Source: Gammaproteobacteria bacterium
GTDB taxonomy: Bacteria; Pseudomonadota; Gammaproteobacteria; Eutrophobiales; Eutrophobiaceae
Assembly (NCBI GenBank): GCA_965221695.1
Contig: OZ244905.1
Span: forward strand, 160,001 to 224,000
Direction of reading: 5' to 3'
Length of the DNA stretch: 64,000 nt
The position numbers and the translations under genes were made by a program. Within the stretch, counting starts at the first letter, position 1. Every line of letters starts with the position of its first letter. Below, one piece after another: positions 9,421-18,149 of the stretch. The notes under the pieces are model-generated. The model saw only the letters and a program-made list of their open reading frames with translations. It did not search any database and was not told the DNA's origin.

Positions 9421-10257
9421 CTATTCCGCTTCCAATAGAAAATCGCTGACCAGCTTGTTAAACCGCCGGTTGTGTTCTATCTGGGTCCAGTGGCCGCAAT
9501 TGCCGAAAATATGCAATTGCGAGTTCTTAATGCATCGGAACAGTTGTTCCGACACGGCCACCGGGATGACCCGGTCGTCCCGGCCGTGGATGATCAAGGT
9601 CTCGTGTTCGATGTTCCTGACATCGGCTTCGCTGCTGCAGATCTTTTTAATTCCATCCTGGCGCGGCGCCGGAAACATCGCGGCATAAGACTCCTGTACG
9701 CCCGGTCGGATGCTGGCTGCATGGCGCAACTCGGCCAGTTCGTCGCTGACCAGTGAGCGATCATAAGCAAACAGGTCCAGCAACCGGCGCATGTTCTCCA
9801 GCGAAGGGGTGTAACCCCAGGTCAGGTCCAGCCCTTCCGTCAGTTCAAATTCAAGGCCCACGCTGCCCATCAGCACGAGCCGGGAGACCCGTTCCGGCGC
9901 TTGAATTGCCAATGCTACCGCCAGCGACCCGCCGAAGGAGTTCCCGATCACATGGGCTTGCTTAATCTCCAGGGCGTCAAGAAAGTCGAGCGCGTGCCGC
10001 AGCCAGGTTTCCATATCATAGCTGATGCCGTCGGGCCGCTCGGTGAAGCCGAAACCCACTATATCCGGTGCAATTACCCTGTAATTTTCTGCCAGGGAGG
10101 GGATTACCAGGCGCCAGTTCGCCCAGGCGCTGACGCCGGGCCCGGATCCGTGCAGCAAAAGCGCTGGCGCCCCATGTCCCTGATCATGGTAGTTGGTTGT
10201 TATGCGGCCGGCATTGATGGATAAACCGATTTCTGTTGACGTAGTCATGTCCGACAT
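9421..10257 (-). CDS. Meta-cleavage product hydrolase (2-hydroxymuconate semialdehyde hydrolase; DmpD/XylF/TodF family)
   Basis: HGSGPGVSAWANWRL, GNSFGG, HGRDDRVIP, CGHWTQIEH. Confidence 0.92.
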   Translation of the reverse strand: MSDMTTSTEIGLSINAGRITTNYHDQGHGAPALLLHGSGPGVSAWANWRLVIPSLAENYRVIAPDIVGFGFTERPDGISYDMETWLRHALDFLDALEIKQAHVIGNSFGGSLAVALAIQAPERVSRLVLMGSVGLEFELTEGLDLTWGYTPSLENMRRLLDLFAYDRSLVSDELAELRHAASIRPGVQESYAAMFPAPRQDGIKKICSSEADVRNIEHETLIIHGRDDRVIPVAVSEQLFRCIKNSQLHIFGNCGHWTQIEHNRRFNKLVSDFLLEAE

Positions 10258-10371
10258 TATACGCCGCTTGCGGAAAAAAAATCCGATCCGCGCGATTGAT
10301 GATATGATTAAACTCCTGGAATGAGCTTGTTCAGCGCTTTCCGAAATTCACAACGGTTGGGGGATATAACA

Positions 10372-11091
10372 TTGCAGGCTAAACATTTCGTCCTGGTGCA
10401 CGGCGCCTGGCATGGCGCCTGGTGCTGGGAAAAAGTCACCCCGTTGCTTGCCGCATCAGGGCATCACGCGCATACTCTCGACCTGCCGGGACTGGGCAAT
10501 GACCCGACGCCGATTTCCGAAGTTACCCTGGATTCCTATGTCAATGCGGTCAAAGACGTGATCCTTTCAGTTGATGAGCCGGTGATACTGGTTGGTCATA
10601 GCATGGGCGGGCTGATCATCACCCAGACCGCGGAACATGTGCCGGAGCGAGTGCGGGCGTTGGGTTACCTGGCCGCGTTTTCGCCAAAGAACGGGGAATC
10701 GCTGTTTGATTATGCGATGGCCGACACGGAATCTCACGTCACACGTTTTAATGTAGTCAATGAGGAAGAGGGATACTTCACTATCCCCGAAGACAGGCTC
10801 CCGGCCTGCTTCTATGACTTATGCAGTGAGGAAGACACCCGCAATGCGATCGCCCGGCTGCGGCCGCAACCCCTGGCGCCGCTGGTACAACCGGTCAGTC
10901 TCTCCGAGGACAACTACGGGAGGGTGCGCCGGTGTTATATCGAATGCACCAGGGACCAGGCGCTGACCTGGCCCATGCAGCAAAAGATGCTGCACAATGC
11001 CCGCCTTGACGCGTTGCTCACACTCGAAACGGACCATTCGCCGTTTTATTCCTGCCCTGAACAACTGGTTGAGTGTTTGGTCAGGTTATGA
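10372..11091 (+). CDS. Alpha/beta hydrolase (methylesterase/salicylate esterase-like)
   Basis: FVLVHGAWHGAWCW, GHSMGG, DHSPF; TTG at 10372 after GGGGGA preferred over ATG 10321. Confidence 0.85.
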   Translation: MQAKHFVLVHGAWHGAWCWEKVTPLLAASGHHAHTLDLPGLGNDPTPISEVTLDSYVNAVKDVILSVDEPVILVGHSMGGLIITQTAEHVPERVRALGYLAAFSPKNGESLFDYAMADTESHVTRFNVVNEEEGYFTIPEDRLPACFYDLCSEEDTRNAIARLRPQPLAPLVQPVSLSEDNYGRVRRCYIECTRDQALTWPMQQKMLHNARLDALLTLETDHSPFYSCPEQLVECLVRL

Positions 11092-11131
11092 AGCGCTTCT
11101 GCGCCGTAAGGAATTTACAAAGATACGCGGC

Positions 11132-12610
11132 TCAATATCTCTCGAAGTATTCCTGGTGTTCCCACTCGGTGACGGTTGATAGAAACCGATGGATTTCGTG
11201 TTGTTTTAGCCCCAGGTAATATTTAACAAAGGCTTCACCAAATGCATTCCTAAACAATTTCGATTCCTGTAACGCTGTGATCGATTCCATCAGGCTGCGG
11301 GGTAATGCCGGCTTATCAACCTGAGAATACGGATCACTGACCGGCGGTCCCGGATCGAGTTTCAACTTCAATCCATCCAGTCCGGCTGCCACCTGTGATG
11401 CAATGAACAGGTAGGGGTTTGCGGCCGGTTCGCCCGATCGGTTTTCAATATGGGTGACCGGATCGTCACCGCCGCCAACCAGACGCAAATAGGCAGCCTT
11501 ATTATCCACGGACCATACTGCGCGATTTGGCGCCAGGGGGTTTGCGTTGAGGCGTTTATAGCCGTTAATAGTGGGATTTGAAAAGGCCGTACAAGCTGCA
11601 GAGTGGGTAATCAAGCCCCCGACATAATGTTGTCCCTTATCCGATAACAGATCCCCGCGTTGACGGGTGACAAACGCATTACTCCCATCGTCAATACCAG
11701 CCAGCGATTGATGGAGATGCCAGCCTGATGAATAAACATTGGGTAGTGCGGGCTTACACATGAACGTAACTAGACAGTTATTATGACGAGCCACCTGTTT
11801 TAATGTTGTACGTAAAAGTATCATCGCATCGGCTGCGTCAAGAGCAGGCAGTGGCTCCAAGGTGATTTCGCACTGTCCGGGTCCCCACTCATCCTCCATG
11901 GACCGGACCGGCAAGCCCAGGGCATGAAGATGCTCATAGAATGGATATATTACTGGCGCATGTATATCGATTTCCTGTTCTGACTGGTATTGATAACCAT
12001 GGCCCAGTGGTTTTACCGATGGGGGCGTAGCTGGTTGTGTCGATGCGTCCATCGTAAGGTTAGCATCGTCTATCTGAAACAGGTGAAACTCAACCTCAAG
12101 CCCGATAACTAGTTTATATCCCGCTTGTTTCAGTTGTTCGAGTTGTCTGCTTAACAGCGCACGAGGTGATAACGGCATCGGTTTGCCGGATTTCAGGTAC
12201 AGGTCACACATTATCCAACCCGTATCCGGCACCCATGGTAACACATGGAAAGTATCAGGGTCAGGCACCATCAACATATCTCCGGCGCCTCCCATCTCTT
12301 CATTGTCAAAACCGCCGTCATCTGCAAATACAGGCAGATAAATGTTATTGGCAGAATCCATGGCAAAAGGCGCGTGAGTGGTTGCAATACCGTTATGGAA
12401 TGAAGTGAGAAAATGTGCTACGGGCAACACCTTGCCACGGCAGATACCGTGTTGGTCACTGTATACCACACGTACGAAACGCAATTCTTTTTCCTTTATT
12501 TTTTCAGAGAGGCTTTGCGCAGACTTACGCTGATAGGCATTCCAGAGTTTGTGCCGGGCGATAAAGTCGGTGCGTCCTATCGATCCTGCGCTTTGTGTAT
12601 GTCGTGCCAT
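11132..12610 (-). CDS. Glutamine synthetase-like gamma-glutamyl:aromatic amine ligase (TdnQ/AtdA1-like)
   Basis: GS motifs EVEF, EWGPGQCE, SGWHLHQS, NGYKRL; TdnQ-like N-terminal FIARHKLW and HIENRSGEPAANPY; adjacent to Rieske dioxygenase genes. Confidence 0.82.
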   Translation of the reverse strand: MARHTQSAGSIGRTDFIARHKLWNAYQRKSAQSLSEKIKEKELRFVRVVYSDQHGICRGKVLPVAHFLTSFHNGIATTHAPFAMDSANNIYLPVFADDGGFDNEEMGGAGDMLMVPDPDTFHVLPWVPDTGWIMCDLYLKSGKPMPLSPRALLSRQLEQLKQAGYKLVIGLEVEFHLFQIDDANLTMDASTQPATPPSVKPLGHGYQYQSEQEIDIHAPVIYPFYEHLHALGLPVRSMEDEWGPGQCEITLEPLPALDAADAMILLRTTLKQVARHNNCLVTFMCKPALPNVYSSGWHLHQSLAGIDDGSNAFVTRQRGDLLSDKGQHYVGGLITHSAACTAFSNPTINGYKRLNANPLAPNRAVWSVDNKAAYLRLVGGGDDPVTHIENRSGEPAANPYLFIASQVAAGLDGLKLKLDPGPPVSDPYSQVDKPALPRSLMESITALQESKLFRNAFGEAFVKYYLGLKQHEIHRFLSTVTEWEHQEYFERY

Positions 12611-12631
12611 CGGCGGTTGTGGTGGCGCTCG

Positions 12632-13234
12632 CTATAGAAAGAAAGTATTGTTCTCTTGCGGCAGGTCGGCATCAATAAGATTGATCTGTTTGACTGTGAT
12701 CAGCCAGTTATTGCCGTAGTTCTTGAGAACATAACCGCACCACCCTGACAGGATTCGATGCCGTTCCTTAACGAGTGCGTCAATTAAAAAATTTGCTCTT
12801 GCCAGAATCTGCTTGTCTGTTCCATACCAGAACTCAATATTGCTAAGCAGGTGGCGAGTGCGTATAGGCGGGATCATCGAGTATGCGAAGCCGGTTTGAA
12901 TTCGGGCCACTCGATCCTCAAGTCGGCGACGGTCTTGGAATTCCAGTGTAACTTCTCTACGGGGGTCTGACATGGAGTTTATGGAGGGTATCCAGTAAAT
13001 ACATTCCTCGTCGTAGCAATCCAACCAGTTTTCCAGTTGTAACTCATCTGCAAACCGGTTCTCCGCATAGAGTATTGACTCACATTCCAGACGAGTGATT
13101 GGATCCGGACGCTGCGCAGCTTGAATCGGTTTTGCACATTGCCATTCCTGCGCCAGTGAGAGCAGCTTGTCGTATAATGCATCATCAACATAGTATGAAG
13201 TTTGTGTCAATGTGTCGTACTGAGGTGTTGTCAT
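12632..13234 (-). CDS. Ring-hydroxylating dioxygenase beta subunit
   Basis: LYAENRFADELQLENWL..YWIP, LEDRVARI, RTRHLLSN, KQINLID. Confidence 0.9.
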   Translation of the reverse strand: MTTPQYDTLTQTSYYVDDALYDKLLSLAQEWQCAKPIQAAQRPDPITRLECESILYAENRFADELQLENWLDCYDEECIYWIPSINSMSDPRREVTLEFQDRRRLEDRVARIQTGFAYSMIPPIRTRHLLSNIEFWYGTDKQILARANFLIDALVKERHRILSGWCGYVLKNYGNNWLITVKQINLIDADLPQENNTFFL

Positions 13235-13241
13235 CGGACAC

Positions 13242-14573
13242 TTATCCTGGCTTAGATTCAGGTTCAGCGCCCATCAACCGTTTCCACTCCGCAAAATAAG
13301 AGCGCATATGCAGGTCAGATGATATGGGCGCCGTTATTACGCCTTTTTCGTCAACCCGTTCAACCTCGGTTTCCATATGCCGGCTTATATCCACCCATTC
13401 CATCTCAGTTACCGACATGCCTTCAAAGCAGGACTCAAAATTAGCATTATCGTCAACTTCACCAAACATTGGAAAGTCTTCCTGGGTTCGCAAACGTAAT
13501 GTGTTTACTGCGGGTGGCACGTTATTCAGCGAAGTTGCGTGCCAGAGCATGTCCGTCTTGTCAACTGACAGTGGTATGAGCATTTGAATCTGATTGCCGA
13601 CAAACAGCAAGTTGGGGAAAATGGATAGGTTCATTCCTGCTCCGGTTGCGGTTTCCAGCAATTCGAGCGTTTTTGACCTGCCTATTTCACCGGTGAGTTG
13701 TTCAACTATAATTTCACGTCCGGGTTGCGGTCGCTGGCGTTCAAAGGCTGAACTTTCATACATGCATGGGCGCTGATCCAGGAATGTGTGACCGTTTCCC
13801 AGGGCTTGAGAGTACATCGGTGTTTCATCAATGTTGCCGCTGAAATAGTCGATATCACGGGCTTTGCCGTATCGGTGGTTTGTCATGCGTAGCAGGGATT
13901 GATGGGAATACTCGGGGTGGTAACCATCACCCGCGTTATCATATATGCATTTCCAATTGCTGTTTACCAGATAACGTTGTGCACTGCACACACGAATTGC
14001 GCTCGCGTCACCACCATTGTGCTCTATCCACTCATCCATGCGATCAGCCGCCGGCCCCAGGTGATCAACAAGGTTTTTTTTGCCCTTGGCGGGATTAAGT
14101 GTTCCGAAAATGAAACCGCGGTACTCGGCAACGTAAGGGACGCGAGCAAGATTACGGCTGGTTTTATCAAAATTTGCGCCATACGCCGCGTCAACGGGAA
14201 TTCCCACGCACTCGCCGGTATTCCGGAAAGTCCAACCATGATAACCGCAGGTAAAAAATTGTGCCGTTCCGGTCGCCGAACGACATATGCGGGCGCCCCG
14301 GTGTGAACAGCGGTTAATGAGTGCGTGTAATTCTCCGTCTTTATCCCGGGTTACGATAAGCGGACGCGAACCAAAGTGCCGGGTGATAAAACTGTTGGGT
14401 TCTGCCAGCTCACTTATGTGTGCAAGATAAATCCAGGTGCCGCCGAATATACGCTGCTGTTCTAGTTCGAATATAGTCGGGTCAACGTATAATGATCGGT
14501 GTACCCGGCCTGGTTGTACCAGATAATCCCACTCGTACTCCAGGCCTGAGACAGAATTGTTGGAACCGGTCAT
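13242..14573 (-). CDS. Rieske ring-hydroxylating dioxygenase alpha subunit (aniline dioxygenase TdnA1/AtdA3-like)
   Basis: Rieske CSHRG..CGYHGW; mononuclear Fe DGYHPEYSH..D; RIFGGTW and LRTQEDFPMFGEVDD segments. Confidence 0.88.
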   Translation of the reverse strand: MTGSNNSVSGLEYEWDYLVQPGRVHRSLYVDPTIFELEQQRIFGGTWIYLAHISELAEPNSFITRHFGSRPLIVTRDKDGELHALINRCSHRGARICRSATGTAQFFTCGYHGWTFRNTGECVGIPVDAAYGANFDKTSRNLARVPYVAEYRGFIFGTLNPAKGKKNLVDHLGPAADRMDEWIEHNGGDASAIRVCSAQRYLVNSNWKCIYDNAGDGYHPEYSHQSLLRMTNHRYGKARDIDYFSGNIDETPMYSQALGNGHTFLDQRPCMYESSAFERQRPQPGREIIVEQLTGEIGRSKTLELLETATGAGMNLSIFPNLLFVGNQIQMLIPLSVDKTDMLWHATSLNNVPPAVNTLRLRTQEDFPMFGEVDDNANFESCFEGMSVTEMEWVDISRHMETEVERVDEKGVITAPISSDLHMRSYFAEWKRLMGAEPESKPG

Positions 14574-14590
14574 TTGCTCAAGCGGTCAGC

Positions 14591-16009
14591 CTATTGATAA
14601 TCCCGCAATTGGTCAACATCGAACATTTCTTCTGTTACTCGTTCGTCTCGGTCTTCCCAATTTGGTTCCATATATAAGGTTGACATTCGTTTGGTAACGT
14701 AGTTATTGACCATACAGTAACGCCACATTGCATCCCCTTCTGTCGGGCGCCAGGCGCGACTGTCTTCCCAATTCCTAAATTTGTTACCTCTTGGATCTTC
14801 CGTAATATGATACTGCATGTAATAGAATTCCTTATCGACCCATGTCCTGCGTTTGGAATATATATATTTGCCGGTCTTGTCGATAATATCCAGGATCCAT
14901 ACCGGACGTAATTCCACTTCCAGTGATTTAAAATTGCACTGATCTTCCGTCAGTACGGCTGAATCATAAATATAACCCACTTCAGGTGATGCCAGGATAA
15001 AACCTTCCCCGGCGAGCACGTAATCGAACTTGCTTACATCGGTTTTACCCCAGTATGCACGCCAATCATCCCAGATCAGTTCCTGGCCTGATGCAATCGG
15101 ATCCTGTGCATCAGACCCGGTTAAGATGCGGGTTCGGCGCAAACTAGGGATAAATACCTTGAAATCATCATCTTTGTCAGCATCGGGATAGCGCTGTCGG
15201 ACGCCTGCCAGACCGCGAATATCCAAGGGTTCAAGGAAGAATATCGAACCTCCCTCTATGAAATCCTCTTTTCCGTCTATCTCGCCAAAAGGACCGGTAT
15301 TTTTTCGATTATGATAATGCCACCACCATAAATCAGCCTTGTATTCGCTGTCAAGCCGTCCCCCTGCAGTACAGGCGCGCATATGGATAGGTTCGAAGTT
15401 CAATGTATCAATATTTACCGAATGAGCCACGTATGACCAGTTCAGTTCCAGACCATTTTTTGGATTCAGAAACGGGATGGAAGTGGCTCCGGCACCGGAC
15501 ATCAATGCATAACTTCCGTCCGGATAAAGCAATTCACCCTTTTCATTGATAACCAGTTCTATCCCTTTTTCTTTCAATTCCTTGGTCCCTTCCAGGTATC
15601 CTTTGTGCATGTAGTAGGTATTGGTCGGAACGATGGTGATTTCGGCTATGTTGCTCCATGACGATGACAAATGTTCTATGAATTCCAGAGGCATGTAATC
15701 CTCTAGCCAGGGATATTGATCGGCATTATCCTTGGTTAGTTTAAGACCAGGTTTTAGATCTGGCGGCAAATCTGCTTGATCCATGAGGTCATAAGCATCA
15801 TATCCTCTCAATTCCCTCCATTCTGCTGCAAGCGCAATCGCCTCGGGTTTGGAGATTTCCTCTACCCATCTGGCATGATCCGCATTCCCTGTTGATGCTG
15901 CAAAGGCCTTCCATGCCTCCAGCGCTCTGTTTGTATCAGCATGGATGACCGGACTGAGAAAAAAGCTAAAAAGAAAAATTATCAGGGTTGTGATTATATT
16001 GTTCATCAC
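14591..16009 (-). CDS. DUF1329-like exported protein
   Basis: Signal peptide; PFLNPKNGLELNW, FIPSLRRTR, ELRPVWIL, YSKRRTWVDKE; canonical position after a DUF1302-like gene. Confidence 0.72.
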   Translation of the reverse strand: MMNNIITTLIIFLFSFFLSPVIHADTNRALEAWKAFAASTGNADHARWVEEISKPEAIALAAEWRELRGYDAYDLMDQADLPPDLKPGLKLTKDNADQYPWLEDYMPLEFIEHLSSSWSNIAEITIVPTNTYYMHKGYLEGTKELKEKGIELVINEKGELLYPDGSYALMSGAGATSIPFLNPKNGLELNWSYVAHSVNIDTLNFEPIHMRACTAGGRLDSEYKADLWWWHYHNRKNTGPFGEIDGKEDFIEGGSIFFLEPLDIRGLAGVRQRYPDADKDDDFKVFIPSLRRTRILTGSDAQDPIASGQELIWDDWRAYWGKTDVSKFDYVLAGEGFILASPEVGYIYDSAVLTEDQCNFKSLEVELRPVWILDIIDKTGKYIYSKRRTWVDKEFYYMQYHITEDPRGNKFRNWEDSRAWRPTEGDAMWRYCMVNNYVTKRMSTLYMEPNWEDRDERVTEEMFDVDQLRDYQ

Positions 16010-16052
16010 GTTTATCCTCCTCTGTTCTGGTTTTATTGCAGATCAAGGTTTT

Positions 16053-18062
16053 TTAAAATTGAAATGTCAGCGACAGTTCCACAAAATCGGAATTGTCGAG
16101 TAAACCAATCGGCGCATTCTCACCACCGTTACCGTCAAAATGCATCCACTCAAGCCGAGGACGCCATCGTTTACCAAAGAAATTAAAATCGATGCGTTGT
16201 CGGTAATAATGCCCTTTATTGTCAAAATCTCTGATATACAAACCTTCCAGGACCAGGCGCTGTTGAAACAGCGGAGATTGCCAGAGGAAAGTAATGTACT
16301 GGTGATCCTTGGAGACCGTGTCAAAGGCATAAGGCGCCTGTTGCAGCAATCCTTTACTGGCATCAAACGTGTGAATATTGAAGAACTGGAAACTGGTGAA
16401 TACCGATTTTTCCTGGGTATCCCAACCGGGTACCCATAAAGGATAGTCGAAACCGATCATGGTTGACAAGACATCGCTGCGGGTAATAGTTTTGTCTTCG
16501 GTTGCAGCCAGTGCCGGACTGCCCGCTTCGTCCCTGTTATTCAGAGGTAGCGGCAGTACGCCTAACGGGGTATTCAGGTTCCCGATGGCGCCAGGATTCA
16601 TATGGCTACGGTTGTAGTACTTGTCAAATTCATATGCAACTTCCAGGCGCATCGCCGGTGAAGTCTGTTTCGGGCCGAACTTGAATTCGCTCATGTCCCG
16701 GGCAAAGCTGAAACCAATCAGTTTTTGACGATGTTGATAATCAAGGTTGACTATACCGTTCACTGAACAAGGCAGTCCGGCGCCTAGTCCCGGTTGCAGT
16801 GGATCAGCACAGCCTCCCATTGATAAAGTGGTTAATGGGCTTTCAACCAACGGGCCAACTCCTGCAATACCACGAAGATAGGCAAGGTATCCACCGGTAG
16901 GGAATATGCCGCCCACAGAAGGCCCTAAAAAACCGGGAGCGCCGTGTACTACCGTTTCAACGTCTGCGGCTGTTAAAGGCAGTGTAGCGATAGATGCGTT
17001 AATATTATTAAAACCATTGCCTACGATAAACGTACCACCTTCCAGGGTCACGGTCGGCAGGTCTTGCATACCATAGAAGCCATTGATGGTAAACTGCCCT
17101 CCAAGAGAATCAAATTTCAGCCGGGCCGAGTATTCTGCATTATTAAAGCCCCATTGGTCGGCTTCCTTATCACGGATATCGAATCCAAATCCTACGAAAC
17201 CAGCTCCTGAAACCGGATCAATCACATCAGGAAACGGCAGTCCAAATATGCCGCCTGAGGAAGGGTCACTGGGGTTTGGATTATTAACAACAAACTCACT
17301 GTGCCTGACCTCCGGAACAATATTAACTTCAAGGACAGGCCGCCTCATTCCTAGGCTTTCGAAAGGCTTGGAGATGCCTATCTTTCTGAAGTTGAAGTCA
17401 GCAGCAACCATGAATGCTGGAATTCGGAGTTCATCGGAATCCCGGAACGCAAAGCGTTCACGTAAGTCCTGCGCGTGCAGAACGTCCAGTAAACGCAAGC
17501 CGTCGGACTGTCCCCAACCGCGCTGGAATTTGCCGATTTTGACTGTAAAACGATTTTTCCTGTCGCGGTATTTGAGTGACAGTTCACGGATGATTTCGTC
17601 AGCGCTATCGAAATGGCGGATTCCCTTGGAAGATGCACAGAAAGTGTCCACAGTTGAATTAACGGCAGATCCTGAGCAATTACTGGTGTTCAAACGGTAG
17701 GGCAAACGCCTGTTGAAGTTGCTTAGTGAACCGGGGGCGACATCGGTCGGATCATGCATGCCGCTGCTTCTGATGGTGTCCATACCCGGCGCCCAGTCGC
17801 CGCGCAACCAGAAATTCCCGATAAACGTCCATTGCCGGTTTGGTCTCCACGAGGTTATTACCTCAGCGAGATAATTTGTCGGACCGTTTATCGTACCCTG
17901 GTTCTCTAGGTCGTAAAGTATCGAACTGCCCTGTTTTAAACGACCATTCAGAGTCCAGTCTTTACTCTTTAAATTGACTGCATACGTTTGCCCTGTAATG
18001 ACAAAGGTCGCAGTAATCAGCAGCAATAAATTCAGTATATGTTTCATGTTATCGTGCCTCAT
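16053..18062 (-). CDS. DUF1302-like outer-membrane beta-barrel protein
   Basis: Signal peptide; IGKFQRGWGQSDGLRLLD; C-terminal DFVELSLTFQF beta-signal. Confidence 0.72.
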   Translation of the reverse strand: MRHDNMKHILNLLLLITATFVITGQTYAVNLKSKDWTLNGRLKQGSSILYDLENQGTINGPTNYLAEVITSWRPNRQWTFIGNFWLRGDWAPGMDTIRSSGMHDPTDVAPGSLSNFNRRLPYRLNTSNCSGSAVNSTVDTFCASSKGIRHFDSADEIIRELSLKYRDRKNRFTVKIGKFQRGWGQSDGLRLLDVLHAQDLRERFAFRDSDELRIPAFMVAADFNFRKIGISKPFESLGMRRPVLEVNIVPEVRHSEFVVNNPNPSDPSSGGIFGLPFPDVIDPVSGAGFVGFGFDIRDKEADQWGFNNAEYSARLKFDSLGGQFTINGFYGMQDLPTVTLEGGTFIVGNGFNNINASIATLPLTAADVETVVHGAPGFLGPSVGGIFPTGGYLAYLRGIAGVGPLVESPLTTLSMGGCADPLQPGLGAGLPCSVNGIVNLDYQHRQKLIGFSFARDMSEFKFGPKQTSPAMRLEVAYEFDKYYNRSHMNPGAIGNLNTPLGVLPLPLNNRDEAGSPALAATEDKTITRSDVLSTMIGFDYPLWVPGWDTQEKSVFTSFQFFNIHTFDASKGLLQQAPYAFDTVSKDHQYITFLWQSPLFQQRLVLEGLYIRDFDNKGHYYRQRIDFNFFGKRWRPRLEWMHFDGNGGENAPIGLLDNSDFVELSLTFQF

Positions 18063-18149
18063 TATTACCTGAAATGGATAGGTTGATTTCGGAAATTTTG
18101 CCGATTAATATAATCTCTGATGTTGTTCAAATGTGATCTGAAAGAGGTT

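Noticed and set aside
11132-12610. Housekeeping glutamine synthetase glnA
   Set aside because: TdnQ-like N-terminal extension, NK in place of NR, and position in a dioxygenase operon point to a gamma-glutamyl ligase
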